A stretch of 64,000 nt of DNA, from positions 367,417-431,416 of the forward strand of contig OY970290.1 in NCBI GenBank assembly GCA_963716205.1. The letters run 5' to 3'. A program made the position numbers and the translations under genes. Position 1 is the stretch's first letter. The number at the start of each line of letters is the position of its first letter. Source of the DNA: an uncultured bacterium. Lineage in GTDB: Bacteria > Patescibacteriota > Minisyncoccia > Phycocordibacterales > GWA1-40-21. The notes under the pieces were generated by a model. It did not search any database. It worked only from the letters and a program-made list of their open reading frames with translations, and was not told the DNA's origin. Of the stretch, positions 19,071 through 26,487 are shown in pieces.

Positions 19071-19469
19071 ATGAAATTAATATCTTTGCTGTTTTGTTCC
19101 TTGTTGTTTACAGGCTGTGCAGCAATCCGAGATCAAGTTCAAGCTCCGCAAGGTAAAATTGTTATTAAACACAGCGGAATTGAAGAAAAACTCCAACAAA
19201 AAATTCAAGAAGTTAAAAAGTATTGGGGAGTTCGACAAGTTGGCGTCGGGTATCCGAATAAATGGAGTCCTGATGAAATGTCGGCAGAAGTAACAGCTGA
19301 GTATCGCGCCAAAGTAGATTATATGGAAAAAGTTCTCCATAAAGACTCTGCGGTGCTTGTTGGTATTGGGGTCGATTATGTCCTTGATGACCACTATAAA
19401 GTTTATGCCGCAATCGCGTTTGACATCAAAAAGAAACTTTTTGGCAAACGCAAAAGCCCTCATTCGTGA
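19071..19469 (+). CDS. Cassette putative lipoprotein
   Basis: MKLISLLFCSLLFTG-C lipobox; TTGACA promoter at 19005, SD AAGGAG, terminator at 19452-19477. Confidence 0.75.
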   Translation: MKLISLLFCSLLFTGCAAIRDQVQAPQGKIVIKHSGIEEKLQQKIQEVKKYWGVRQVGVGYPNKWSPDEMSAEVTAEYRAKVDYMEKVLHKDSAVLVGIGVDYVLDDHYKVYAAIAFDIKKKLFGKRKSPHS

Positions 19470-19496
19470 GGGTTTTTCTTTTATCTAATTCCCCAC

Positions 19497-19534
19497 CAAA
19501 CAAGTTCTAACTTCCTCTATCCATGGAAGCAGAA
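19497..19534 (+). repeat. Array repeat R4
   Basis: CAAACAAGTTCTAACTTCCTCTATCCATGGAAGCAGAA. Confidence 0.95.
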
Positions 19535-19613
19535 ATAAAACTTGACAAAAACATTATTTGATATTAAACTATTAGTAGGAAAGAAATCAAATTATAACTG
19601 GTTGGAGGAGAAA

Positions 19614-19841
19614 ATGTTTACTTACCTAAGATCGCCGTTGGGATACGTCCTCATAACAGTTTTTGTTGTCGGTTTTTTCCTTTTAATTTTGCCGTTTCAT
19701 TTTGGTTTCCATTGGTGGATTATCATTACCACCATTATCGGCTCAGCTCTCTGTGCTTGGAGTGGGCTCTTAATGTATGGAATTTATGATATCGAAAAAG
19801 AAGACAGACATTTTTTAGATATCGAAATGAAAAAATTATAA
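19614..19841 (+). CDS. Cassette two-TM membrane protein
   Basis: SD GGAGGAG before ATG 19614; TTGACA-17-TAAACT at 19542-19570; hairpin at 19854-19888. Confidence 0.7.
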   Translation: MFTYLRSPLGYVLITVFVVGFFLLILPFHFGFHWWIIITTIIGSALCAWSGLLMYGIYDIEKEDRHFLDIEMKKL

Positions 19842-19895
19842 AGTGACGATCCCCCGCCCCTTGTTCTTAGGAACTTGTGGGCGGTTTTCTTTTAC

Positions 19896-19933
19896 CCAAA
19901 TCAATATATTCCTCCAGCAAGAGGGAGGCAGAA
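19896..19933 (+). repeat. Array repeat R5 (highly degenerate)
   Basis: CCAAATCAATATATTCCTCCAGCAAGAGGGAGGCAGAA keeps TTCCTC...GGGAG.CAGAA and sits between two converging terminators where a repeat is expected. Confidence 0.45.
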
Positions 19934-19980
19934 AAGAAAAACCCTGCATTACACAGGATTTTTCCAATGCAATACAGGGT

Positions 19981-20349
19981 TTACGAAGAATCTCTAAGAA
20001 AACGTTGCCAGCGATGAGTCTCTTCCTTCTGTTTGTTAGAGCATTCATCCCACACTTTTGCTAGTTCACTAAGACGCGCAATGGACATGGGTAGTTCGAA
20101 ACGTTTTTCAGAATATGTATACGTCTCGTCCAACATTCGATAATTCTTTTCGGCACGTTTTCTTTCCTTAGGATCTTGATCATCTCTGGCGATTATTTGA
20201 GCACCGTACCACGCTCTCCTAATGAGATCTTCAAGTATCGTTCTACCCACCATTTTCTCATTATAGAGAAGAGCTTCTTTTGTTCTTCCGTGTTTCCGAC
20301 CAAACCAATAAACGAACATTAGAGCGACGAGCAACGCTATGATTTCCAT
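19981..20349 (-). CDS. Cassette single-TM hypothetical protein
   Basis: SD AAAGGAGA before ATG 20349; TTGACT -35 at 20415-20420; hairpin at 19937-19983. Confidence 0.7.
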   Translation of the reverse strand: MEIIALLVALMFVYWFGRKHGRTKEALLYNEKMVGRTILEDLIRRAWYGAQIIARDDQDPKERKRAEKNYRMLDETYTYSEKRFELPMSIARLSELAKVWDECSNKQKEETHRWQRFLRDSS

Positions 20350-20425
20350 AAAATCTCCTTTTAGAAAGATCAACTTCTTTTACTAAAATTTACATTACCC
20401 CTTAAGATTTATTTAGTCAAATGTT

Positions 20426-20463
20426 AAAACAGGTTCCAACTTCCTCTATCCATCGGAGCAGAA
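20426..20463 (+). repeat. Array repeat R6
   Basis: AAAACAGGTTCCAACTTCCTCTATCCATCGGAGCAGAA. Confidence 0.95.
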
Positions 20464-20568
20464 CATATTATTGACAATTAATTTAATATCTGATATTGTA
20501 ATGATTAGTTGTTACTAGCGATTATTTCCCAAAAAATCGCTAAATTTAAAATTTTTGGAGGTTTTGAC

Positions 20569-20976
20569 ATGAGGAGTTTTAGCAATAAAGTAACACTGGA
20601 AGAAGTGAGACTTCTTTTGTATCAAAATTATAACCCCGAAAGAGAGTCATATAATCCTTCTGAACATTGGAGAGGATGCAAAGGTCTACTTATGTTTGCT
20701 GATTATATTGAACGCTGGATCGGAGATAATATCTTTGATTGGTCAAAAAAGAAAAATGACCTTTTATGGTTACCAATTTGTGATTTTGTTGACCATTATC
20801 CTGTTTCAGCTCATACCATGAAGTTGCTGCAAAAGTATTACCAAAACGCTGGAGAATGTACTATGTATCTTTTTCTTGGAGGGAAAATCAATTTTCGGAA
20901 ACATAAGGGTGTTGGAAAGAAAGCTATTTTAGAAGTCAAAAAAGCTTTCGCCAGTTGTGGTTTCCGTTTCCTCTAA
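20569..20976 (+). CDS. Cassette protein with RNA polymerase alpha-CTD-like HhH tail
   Basis: FRKHKGVGKKAILEVKKAFASCGFRF resembles the alphaCTD HhH; SD GGAGG; TTGACA at 20471. Confidence 0.6.
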   Translation: MRSFSNKVTLEEVRLLLYQNYNPERESYNPSEHWRGCKGLLMFADYIERWIGDNIFDWSKKKNDLLWLPICDFVDHYPVSAHTMKLLQKYYQNAGECTMYLFLGGKINFRKHKGVGKKAILEVKKAFASCGFRFL

Positions 20977-21116
20977 GAAGTTCTTTGGTTACTGGTTGAT
21001 GCCTCCTGAACCATCTGTGGCCATTCTTTCCAAAAAAAGGATTCGCCCAAGAAAATAACAGAGTTAAAAGTTAAGATTCCAAACCTTAACTGATGACTGT
21101 AGTTATAACCGGGAGT

Positions 21117-21153
21117 TAGGCGGTCTTCTCTACCAAGAAGAACCGCCTATTTT
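21117..21153 (+). terminator. Intrinsic terminator closing the cassette
   Basis: TAGGCGGT-CTTCT...AGAAG-A-ACCGCCTA hairpin + TTTT, ending 7 bp before R7. Confidence 0.7.
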
Positions 21154-21160
21154 ATTGCAT

Positions 21161-21198
21161 AAAACAAGTTCTCACTTCCTCTATCCAAGGGAGCAGAA
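21161..21198 (+). repeat. Array repeat R7
   Basis: AAAACAAGTTCTCACTTCCTCTATCCAAGGGAGCAGAA. Confidence 0.95.
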
Positions 21199-21273
21199 AT
21201 TATTTGACTAATTATTTAATTATAGTAGTTTAGACATTAAATTTGTTCTTAATAAAGAAAGGTGGTGATTTTT

Positions 21274-21498
21274 ATGTCAACGAACACTGAGGTAAAACAA
21301 TTTACCGATGATGAAAAAAGGAAAATTGCCCTTAAGATTTTGAATTCTAAACTTAAGGATATGGGCGTTATGCTTGCTAAAAACCAAGATGTAGGGCTTT
21401 ACTTTATCAAGAAAGAACTTGGGCTTTCTGACGAAGACACCAAGGCTTTTGCCGAGGGACTTCTTTCTGGTAATTTTTTTAATTCACTTTTCAAGTAA
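21274..21498 (+). CDS. Cassette hypothetical protein
   Basis: SD AAGGTGGTG; TTGACT at 21204; terminator AAGCCCCT...AGGGGCTTTTTT at 21519-21549. Confidence 0.7.
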   Translation: MSTNTEVKQFTDDEKRKIALKILNSKLKDMGVMLAKNQDVGLYFIKKELGLSDEDTKAFAEGLLSGNFFNSLFK

Positions 21499-21566
21499 TA
21501 ATTTCTATCAAAGTAATGAAAAGCCCCTGAGTAATTGAGGGGCTTTTTTCATGTCTAATTTCCTTT

Positions 21567-21604
21567 CAACCAGGTTCCAACTTCCTCTATCCATCGGAGC
21601 AGAA
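21567..21604 (+). repeat. Array repeat R8
   Basis: CAACCAGGTTCCAACTTCCTCTATCCATCGGAGCAGAA (same 31-bp core variant as R6). Confidence 0.95.
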
Positions 21605-21661
21605 GTTTATAAATAAAACGAGCCCCGTTAAATTGGGGCTCGGTGATACAAAATGATACAG

Positions 21662-22618
21662 TTATTTTTCCTCGATTTCAAGAATTTTTTTCTTGAGGAC
21701 TACCGTTTCCTCCTTAGTGAATGGTAGCCTTCCAGAATTCCATCCCCGGAGGGACTGCGCATCTGTTAGTTTACGTTCCTCCGCGATTGCTATATCCTCA
21801 ACTATATTTCCAACACGGAACAGAAAATTATCTAAGGAAGAAATATATCCCTTAGTTTCGTAAAGCCAGCATTCGCGTTTCCCGTCTTTTTTTGCTATTT
21901 CGAGGGTACTATTCAAAGCTTCTGGAAGTAAATAATCTTGTGAGGCTCTGCGAGATCCTCCGCCACTATTTTCCCAGATACAGTATTCAGGCATTGCCAA
22001 CGGTTTTTCCTTTATTACTAGAGGATCTAGAGTGGTCCTAAAATCACTGAAAACAGACATTCTCTGTCGCATGATGTCAAATCGTTCCTCTCTTTCTTTT
22101 ATCTGTTTTTCAACTGAGTTAAAAAACTCTGTTAAAAGCCAAATCAAAGAGTTGCGAAGCGCGACCTTTTTCATGAAGACAGTATCTTCGATAAACTTGG
22201 CTAAATTAGTTTTATGACCAAGCGATCGAACCAAAAACACATGCGATTTTTTGACGATTTGTTCTGCAAGCTTGGCTGAACTGTAAAAGGAAAAAGTTTT
22301 TTCCTCCCTCACAATCCACTCACCAGATCGTCCAAGAGCGATGTCCATAAAACTGGAATGATCGCTTAATAATCTGATTGCTCGGCAGTTCCTAAATTGT
22401 TCCTGAACCTCGCAATAAAATGTTTCAGTTATTTTTTTACCCAGCCATTGAACAAGTGGTAAAAGTATTTTAACCACCTCTTCAAGGACAACGGTCAAAT
22501 TTTCAGCAGTGAAATCGAAATCCATTTCTTTTCCGATGTTCATCGCTTGAAATCTTTCACGTGCAGATAATTCTTGCAACTGTGAAGCTTCCTTCAAATT
22601 TTGTTTAGGCGTACCCAT
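21662..22618 (-). CDS. Cassette hypothetical protein (318 aa)
   Basis: SD GGAGGT; ~100-nt leader; TTGACT at 22745-22750; terminator CGAGCCCC...GGGGCTCG at 21619-21642. Confidence 0.75.
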   Translation of the reverse strand: MGTPKQNLKEASQLQELSARERFQAMNIGKEMDFDFTAENLTVVLEEVVKILLPLVQWLGKKITETFYCEVQEQFRNCRAIRLLSDHSSFMDIALGRSGEWIVREEKTFSFYSSAKLAEQIVKKSHVFLVRSLGHKTNLAKFIEDTVFMKKVALRNSLIWLLTEFFNSVEKQIKEREERFDIMRQRMSVFSDFRTTLDPLVIKEKPLAMPEYCIWENSGGGSRRASQDYLLPEALNSTLEIAKKDGKRECWLYETKGYISSLDNFLFRVGNIVEDIAIAEERKLTDAQSLRGWNSGRLPFTKEETVVLKKKILEIEEK

Positions 22619-22757
22619 GTTACTACCTCCATGAGAAGTGCATAGTGGAACAGTAAGACACTTGGCGAACCATTTATGCCTTTATTGAACCGTACCATTT
22701 TCAATGAACTATCTCATTGGCGATAATATAACAATAATAGAATAAGTCAATTTGTTA

Positions 22758-22778
22758 CCAAACAAGTTCTAACTTCCT
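22758..22778 (+). repeat. Array repeat R9 (left half only)
   Basis: CCAAACAAGTTCTAACTTCCT matches R1 exactly, then unrelated sequence. Confidence 0.85.
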
Positions 22779-22990
22779 GGATTGAACAATCATTTAGTAG
22801 TTGTCGTGGAATGTCCACGTACAATTGCACTAAATGTGATACCTCAGTTCCCGCTGGTCTTTTTACGAAAAGAAGGGAAAATTCAATTTGCACAGGAAAG
22901 CCTAAAAAATTTTCTCGATTTTGAGAACTCAAGTAAATATATTACCCGCCAAACGAGAAAAACTCGTTTCGGCGGGTTTTTCTTTTACCT

Positions 22991-23028
22991 CAAACACGTT
23001 CTAACTTCCTCTATCCAAGGGAGGAGAT
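22991..23028 (+). repeat. Array repeat R10 (terminal)
   Basis: CAAACACGTTCTAACTTCCTCTATCCAAGGGAGGAGAT; 29/31 core identity. Confidence 0.92.
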
Positions 23029-23087
23029 GAATTTGGTGAATCCGACCTGTTTCCGCCAAAAACCAAAATCATAAAACATTCTTATTT

Positions 23088-23351
23088 TTAGCCATTTTTA
23101 CGATGAGGACAGCCTGGCCAGCAGCATGGACGACGCATACCCTTAATAAGCTCGTCTCGCACCCGCCTAATATGATCGCGTCTTGTTTCTTCTTGCTTGA
23201 CAGAAATAGTCCAGCAAATCCATTCATTGCGCGCAAGCGGCGTAATATTTTCCCACGCTGATAGAGCTTTTGGAGAAGCCAAAAGAGCCTTGCGCAAATC
23301 CGCAGGCACTTTATGTATATTTGCCAAACCTTCTGATATTTTTTTTACCAT
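23088..23351 (-). CDS. YdeI/OmpD-associated family protein
   Basis: VPADLRKAL...W...TPLARNEWICW...ETR...RRPCCWPGC. Confidence 0.85.
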   Translation of the reverse strand: MVKKISEGLANIHKVPADLRKALLASPKALSAWENITPLARNEWICWTISVKQEETRRDHIRRVRDELIKGMRRPCCWPGCPHRKNG

Positions 23352-23905
23352 ATAAATAGGATTAAAGTTTTTGTTTTTTTCTTGTATTCAGGATATTCAT
23401 TCGGAAAAAGCTGCTGCATATATTTTTCTTCCACGGGAATCCGATACAGGAAATTGATGCAACAGATGATAAAAATCATAAGATAGAGGATGCCCCCGGC
23501 AAGTACTGATCCAAAAAGAGCAAGAAGTATTCCAGTATAGATTGGATGACGTACAAAATGATACGGACCCGATGTTATAAGCTCATGATCTTCTTTCATA
23601 GATGGAGTTCCACTCCAGTTTCTTCCAAGATCTCGTCTTGCCCAGATTGCAAAGCTAAGGCCGATGGCGCAAAGAATAACACCGATTATTTGGACAGCAT
23701 AACTGAATTGATATCCAAATTTCCAGAATGAATTTATCTGAAGCAATATGATCATAACAACAATCAGCATAATACGAATTGCAGCGTTTTTTCGCCATTC
23801 TTTTGTACGGATATTCTTCTTGACCCCGATTGCGGAGACGAGCCAATAGAGAATAAAGATGAGCCAGAAAATACCGAGAAGATTGGTAAAAATTGATGAA
23901 TGCAT
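23345..23905 (-). CDS. Isoprenylcysteine carboxyl methyltransferase family membrane protein
   Basis: LGRNWS...HELITSGPYHFVRHPIYTG...EE...Y.EY. Confidence 0.9.
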   Translation of the reverse strand: MHSSIFTNLLGIFWLIFILYWLVSAIGVKKNIRTKEWRKNAAIRIMLIVVMIILLQINSFWKFGYQFSYAVQIIGVILCAIGLSFAIWARRDLGRNWSGTPSMKEDHELITSGPYHFVRHPIYTGILLALFGSVLAGGILYLMIFIICCINFLYRIPVEEKYMQQLFPNEYPEYKKKTKTLILFIW

Positions 23906-23908
23906 AAA

Positions 23909-24232
23909 TTATTCAACGACCACTGCGGTGCCATAACAGAGCACTTCTGTCACTCCTTGCATCATTTCCGTCGTATCGTAGCGAATGCCGATAACCGCAT
24001 TTGCTCCTTTTTCCGTTGCGTGTTTGATCATGAGATCATACGATTCTTCCCTCGTCTTTTCGCACAATTCAGTGAATAAGCTGATATTGCCGCCGACAAT
24101 TGTCTGCAAAGCTCCGCCGATTGAACCGACAATCGATCGTGAACGGACGATAATTTCTTTTACGATGCCGAGATTTTTCGTAATCTTCTTTCCCGGCAAA
24201 TCAAATGCCGTTGTTGTATTGTTGTGATCCAT
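23909..24232 (-). CDS. YbjQ family (UPF0145) protein
   Basis: [11 protein letters not shown]...EVLCYGTAV. Confidence 0.9.
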   Translation of the reverse strand: MDHNNTTTAFDLPGKKITKNLGIVKEIIVRSRSIVGSIGGALQTIVGGNISLFTELCEKTREESYDLMIKHATEKGANAVIGIRYDTTEMMQGVTEVLCYGTAVVVE

Positions 24233-24368
24233 ACTGAGGATTATAGCAGATTTTTAGAAGATGCGCTGAATAAAAAAATCTTCTTATTTGGAACAGAAAT
24301 TTTGGCTATATTTTCAATCTTTTGATATAATACCTTCAGGTCAATTTAATAATTATAATAAAATTAGC

Positions 24369-24737
24369 ATGGATATTACCACTGTTCTCACTCAAATATT
24401 AGGAATTATCTTTTTGGTTCTCGGTGTGTCGATGTTTATCAACAGCAGGAACGAAGTTTCCGTTCTCGGATCGATCGATTCAAATAAAGGTTTGATGTGG
24501 GCGTACGGGTTTATTGCTTTGACAATGGGAGCGACAATTATCGCATTAAATAATATCTGGACTTCCGGCTGGCCACTAGTCATTACTATTATCGGCTGGC
24601 TCTGTTTGCTCAAAGGAGTGTGTATTTTGGTTTTTCCGCAGTCAATGGTTTCAATTTATAAAAAATGGAATAAACCGGGCTTGATCGGCTTTACCGGATT
24701 CGTGATAATTGTTTTAGGTTTAATTTTTCTTTTATAG
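24369..24737 (+). CDS. Membrane protein, ~4 TM
   Basis: Hydrophobic ORF with NNIW...IIGWL..LKG...FP; ATG 24369 preferred. Confidence 0.75.
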   Translation: MDITTVLTQILGIIFLVLGVSMFINSRNEVSVLGSIDSNKGLMWAYGFIALTMGATIIALNNIWTSGWPLVITIIGWLCLLKGVCILVFPQSMVSIYKKWNKPGLIGFTGFVIIVLGLIFLL

Positions 24738-24751
24738 AAAAATTTTTGTTT

Positions 24752-24913
24752 TTATCTGAATGCAAAAGCCATCAATACGATAGTCAAAGCATTGAGAATC
24801 ACCAATGCTAATACCAATGCCGTTTTCGAGTGCATTTCGCTAGGATTCATTAAAATATAGATCGTGTAGATTATTGCCACAATGGCTGCACCGAGAAAAT
24901 TTCCTTTTACCAT
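24752..24913 (-). CDS. Small two-TM protein (53 aa, not in ORF track)
   Basis: MVKGKFLGAAIVAIIYTIYILMNP...MAFAFR*; TGtTACATT -10 six nt upstream (leaderless). Confidence 0.55.
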   Translation of the reverse strand: MVKGNFLGAAIVAIIYTIYILMNPSEMHSKTALVLALVILNALTIVLMAFAFR

Positions 24914-25029
24914 GCTTACAATGTAACATCAAATATCTTTGAAGGCAAGAAAAAGCAAATTTGATTTATACAAATATGTGATGTAGACTATTGTTCAGCA
25001 AAGTTCTTTTATAAACAAGGAGACAAAAC

Positions 25030-25353
25030 ATGAATGATACAGTCACTGTTTTTAATCTGCCAGAATACAAGGAAATGTCCGAGCGTTTGTTGTTAAAGAT
25101 TGGTAATAAACCTTTTCAACAGGAATTTTACCAAATCTTGTTAAAACATGCGGGTCAGGCACGAATTCCCCGCGGCGTAGTTACCATGCTGTCATCGGCT
25201 ATTGATGTCTACATGAGTCAGGAGAAAAGACCATTGATTTATAAAACGTTACTCTATAAGCAAATTCCCGGAATCATTGATGTTCTTGTCCGTGATATTA
25301 AATTAGCTAAAGAAACAAAAAAACTTTGGAAAGAAAAAGATTCTCGGGTATGA
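25030..25353 (+). CDS. Hypothetical protein
   Basis: SD AAGGAG; terminator AAAGCCC...GGGGCTTTTTTT at ~25374-25402. Confidence 0.7.
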   Translation: MNDTVTVFNLPEYKEMSERLLLKIGNKPFQQEFYQILLKHAGQARIPRGVVTMLSSAIDVYMSQEKRPLIYKTLLYKQIPGIIDVLVRDIKLAKETKKLWKEKDSRV

Positions 25354-25406
25354 GCCCGACAATCAAGAATTTTAAAGCCCTTTTTCATGAGGGGCTTTTT
25401 TTATAC

Positions 25407-25556
25407 AAAAAAACCGGCATATTCCAGTTTCAATCGTCTCATTAAATAAAGATGAAGCTGAAAATAATCCGGCTGTCGCGAGATTTCTTATTGGGTTTAA
25501 CCCTGATTAAGAATCGCGATATTTTTAAATACTCGGTTCCCTTTTAACCTGCAGAT
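25407..25556 (-). ncRNA. Candidate small structured RNA
   Basis: TTGACA (25579-25584) and TGaTAATAT promoter on the minus strand, two long stems, ends in CCGG-U7; no plausible ORF. Confidence 0.35.
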
Positions 25557-25745
25557 ATATTATCATGTTTATATATTTTGTCAACTACTTTTTAATTTTC
25601 TTTTTCAAATATTAAATATAAGCTTATTTTAAGCCATATTTCCCTATTGTGTATAACCGTTTGACTATTTTTTTATAGAATATAAAATATAAAGAAGATA
25701 AGTCGATTATCATAATAATTATTAGTAATAAATATTATAAATAAT

Positions 25746-25910
25746 ATGAAAGGTACGCTCGTAACACTTGGCATTATTTTATTAATCATTGGAATTATTG
25801 GCATTGCTTCAAGCTATGCCACCGGTTGGATGTGGTTTCTCGTAGTTTTAGGTGTCATCGGTCTTTTGTGGGGTTGGTCAATGAAAGGCAAGGGTACAAC
25901 AACAATGTAA
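25746..25910 (+). CDS. Small two-TM protein (54 aa, not in ORF track)
   Basis: MKGTLVTLGIILLIIGIIGIASS...WGWSMKGKGTTTM*; terminator AAAAGCGCC...GGCGCTTT follows. Confidence 0.65.
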   Translation: MKGTLVTLGIILLIIGIIGIASSYATGWMWFLVVLGVIGLLWGWSMKGKGTTTM

Positions 25911-25983
25911 GTAAATTGTTTGCGATCCAAAAGCGCCCGTTACAGGCGCTTTTGATTTGCATATATCCTGTTATAATACACAT

Positions 25984-26478
25984 ATGAATAATGCCGAAAT
26001 CTACATACGTAATATTATTTTTGGTATTACTGACAGCTTAGTTTCCACAGTCGGTCTTCTCGCTGGTATTGATATTGGCGGTACGACGAGGCATGCGATT
26101 ATCATGACGGGTATTGTCTATGCATTCGTAGAAGCTTTTTCAATGGCAATCGGCAGTTTCCTTTCCGAAGAATCAACCGAGGAATATGAAGTTAAAGGCG
26201 AAGTCTCCGGCATGAAAGCAGTCCTTTCGGGAATAATCATGTTTATTTCTTTTATTGTCGCATCATTTATTCCTATCCTTCCGTATATCTTTTTTAGCTT
26301 CACTGTTGCACTTCTTTTTTCAATATTGTTTTCAATCATCGCGCTCTTTATCGTCGGCATCATTAATGCTAAACTTTCAAAAGTGAACGTAATGAAACAC
26401 AGTTTGAAAATGGTGATCCTTGGCGGCTCGGCGATCGTCATCGGCGTCATCGTCGGAAAATTTATTAAAGTTTCCTAA
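25984..26478 (+). CDS. VIT1/CCC1 family transporter
   Basis: IRNIIFGITDSLVSTVGLLAG...AFSMAIGSFLSE. Confidence 0.88.
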   Translation: MNNAEIYIRNIIFGITDSLVSTVGLLAGIDIGGTTRHAIIMTGIVYAFVEAFSMAIGSFLSEESTEEYEVKGEVSGMKAVLSGIIMFISFIVASFIPILPYIFFSFTVALLFSILFSIIALFIVGIINAKLSKVNVMKHSLKMVILGGSAIVIGVIVGKFIKVS

Positions 26479-26487
26479 CAGAATTAC

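Larger units (their letters stand above)
17191..23028. mobile_element. Array of single-gene cassettes delimited by a ~31-38 bp direct repeat
   Basis: Repeat copies begin at 17191, 17855, 18434, 18966, 19504, ~19903, 20433, 21168, 21574, 22766 and 22998. Spacers are 0.2-1.2 kb and carry unrelated ORFs. Mobility is inferred. Confidence 0.8.

Noticed and set aside
19843-20064. ORFs 19843-20064(+), 19836-20048(-) and 22782-23030(+)
   Set aside because: They run through terminator hairpins and repeats and lack SD or promoter support.
17191-23028. CRISPR array
   Set aside because: Repeat length is CRISPR-like, but spacers are 200-1160 bp, irregular and gene-containing, and no cas genes are in the window.
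17191-23028. Canonical integron/CALIN
   Set aside because: The repeat is too short for attC and lacks paired RYYYAAC...GTTRRRY ends (GTTAGAA only approximates the core). Cassettes are bidirectional with their own promoters, and I see no sign that the tyrosine recombinase is an IntI.
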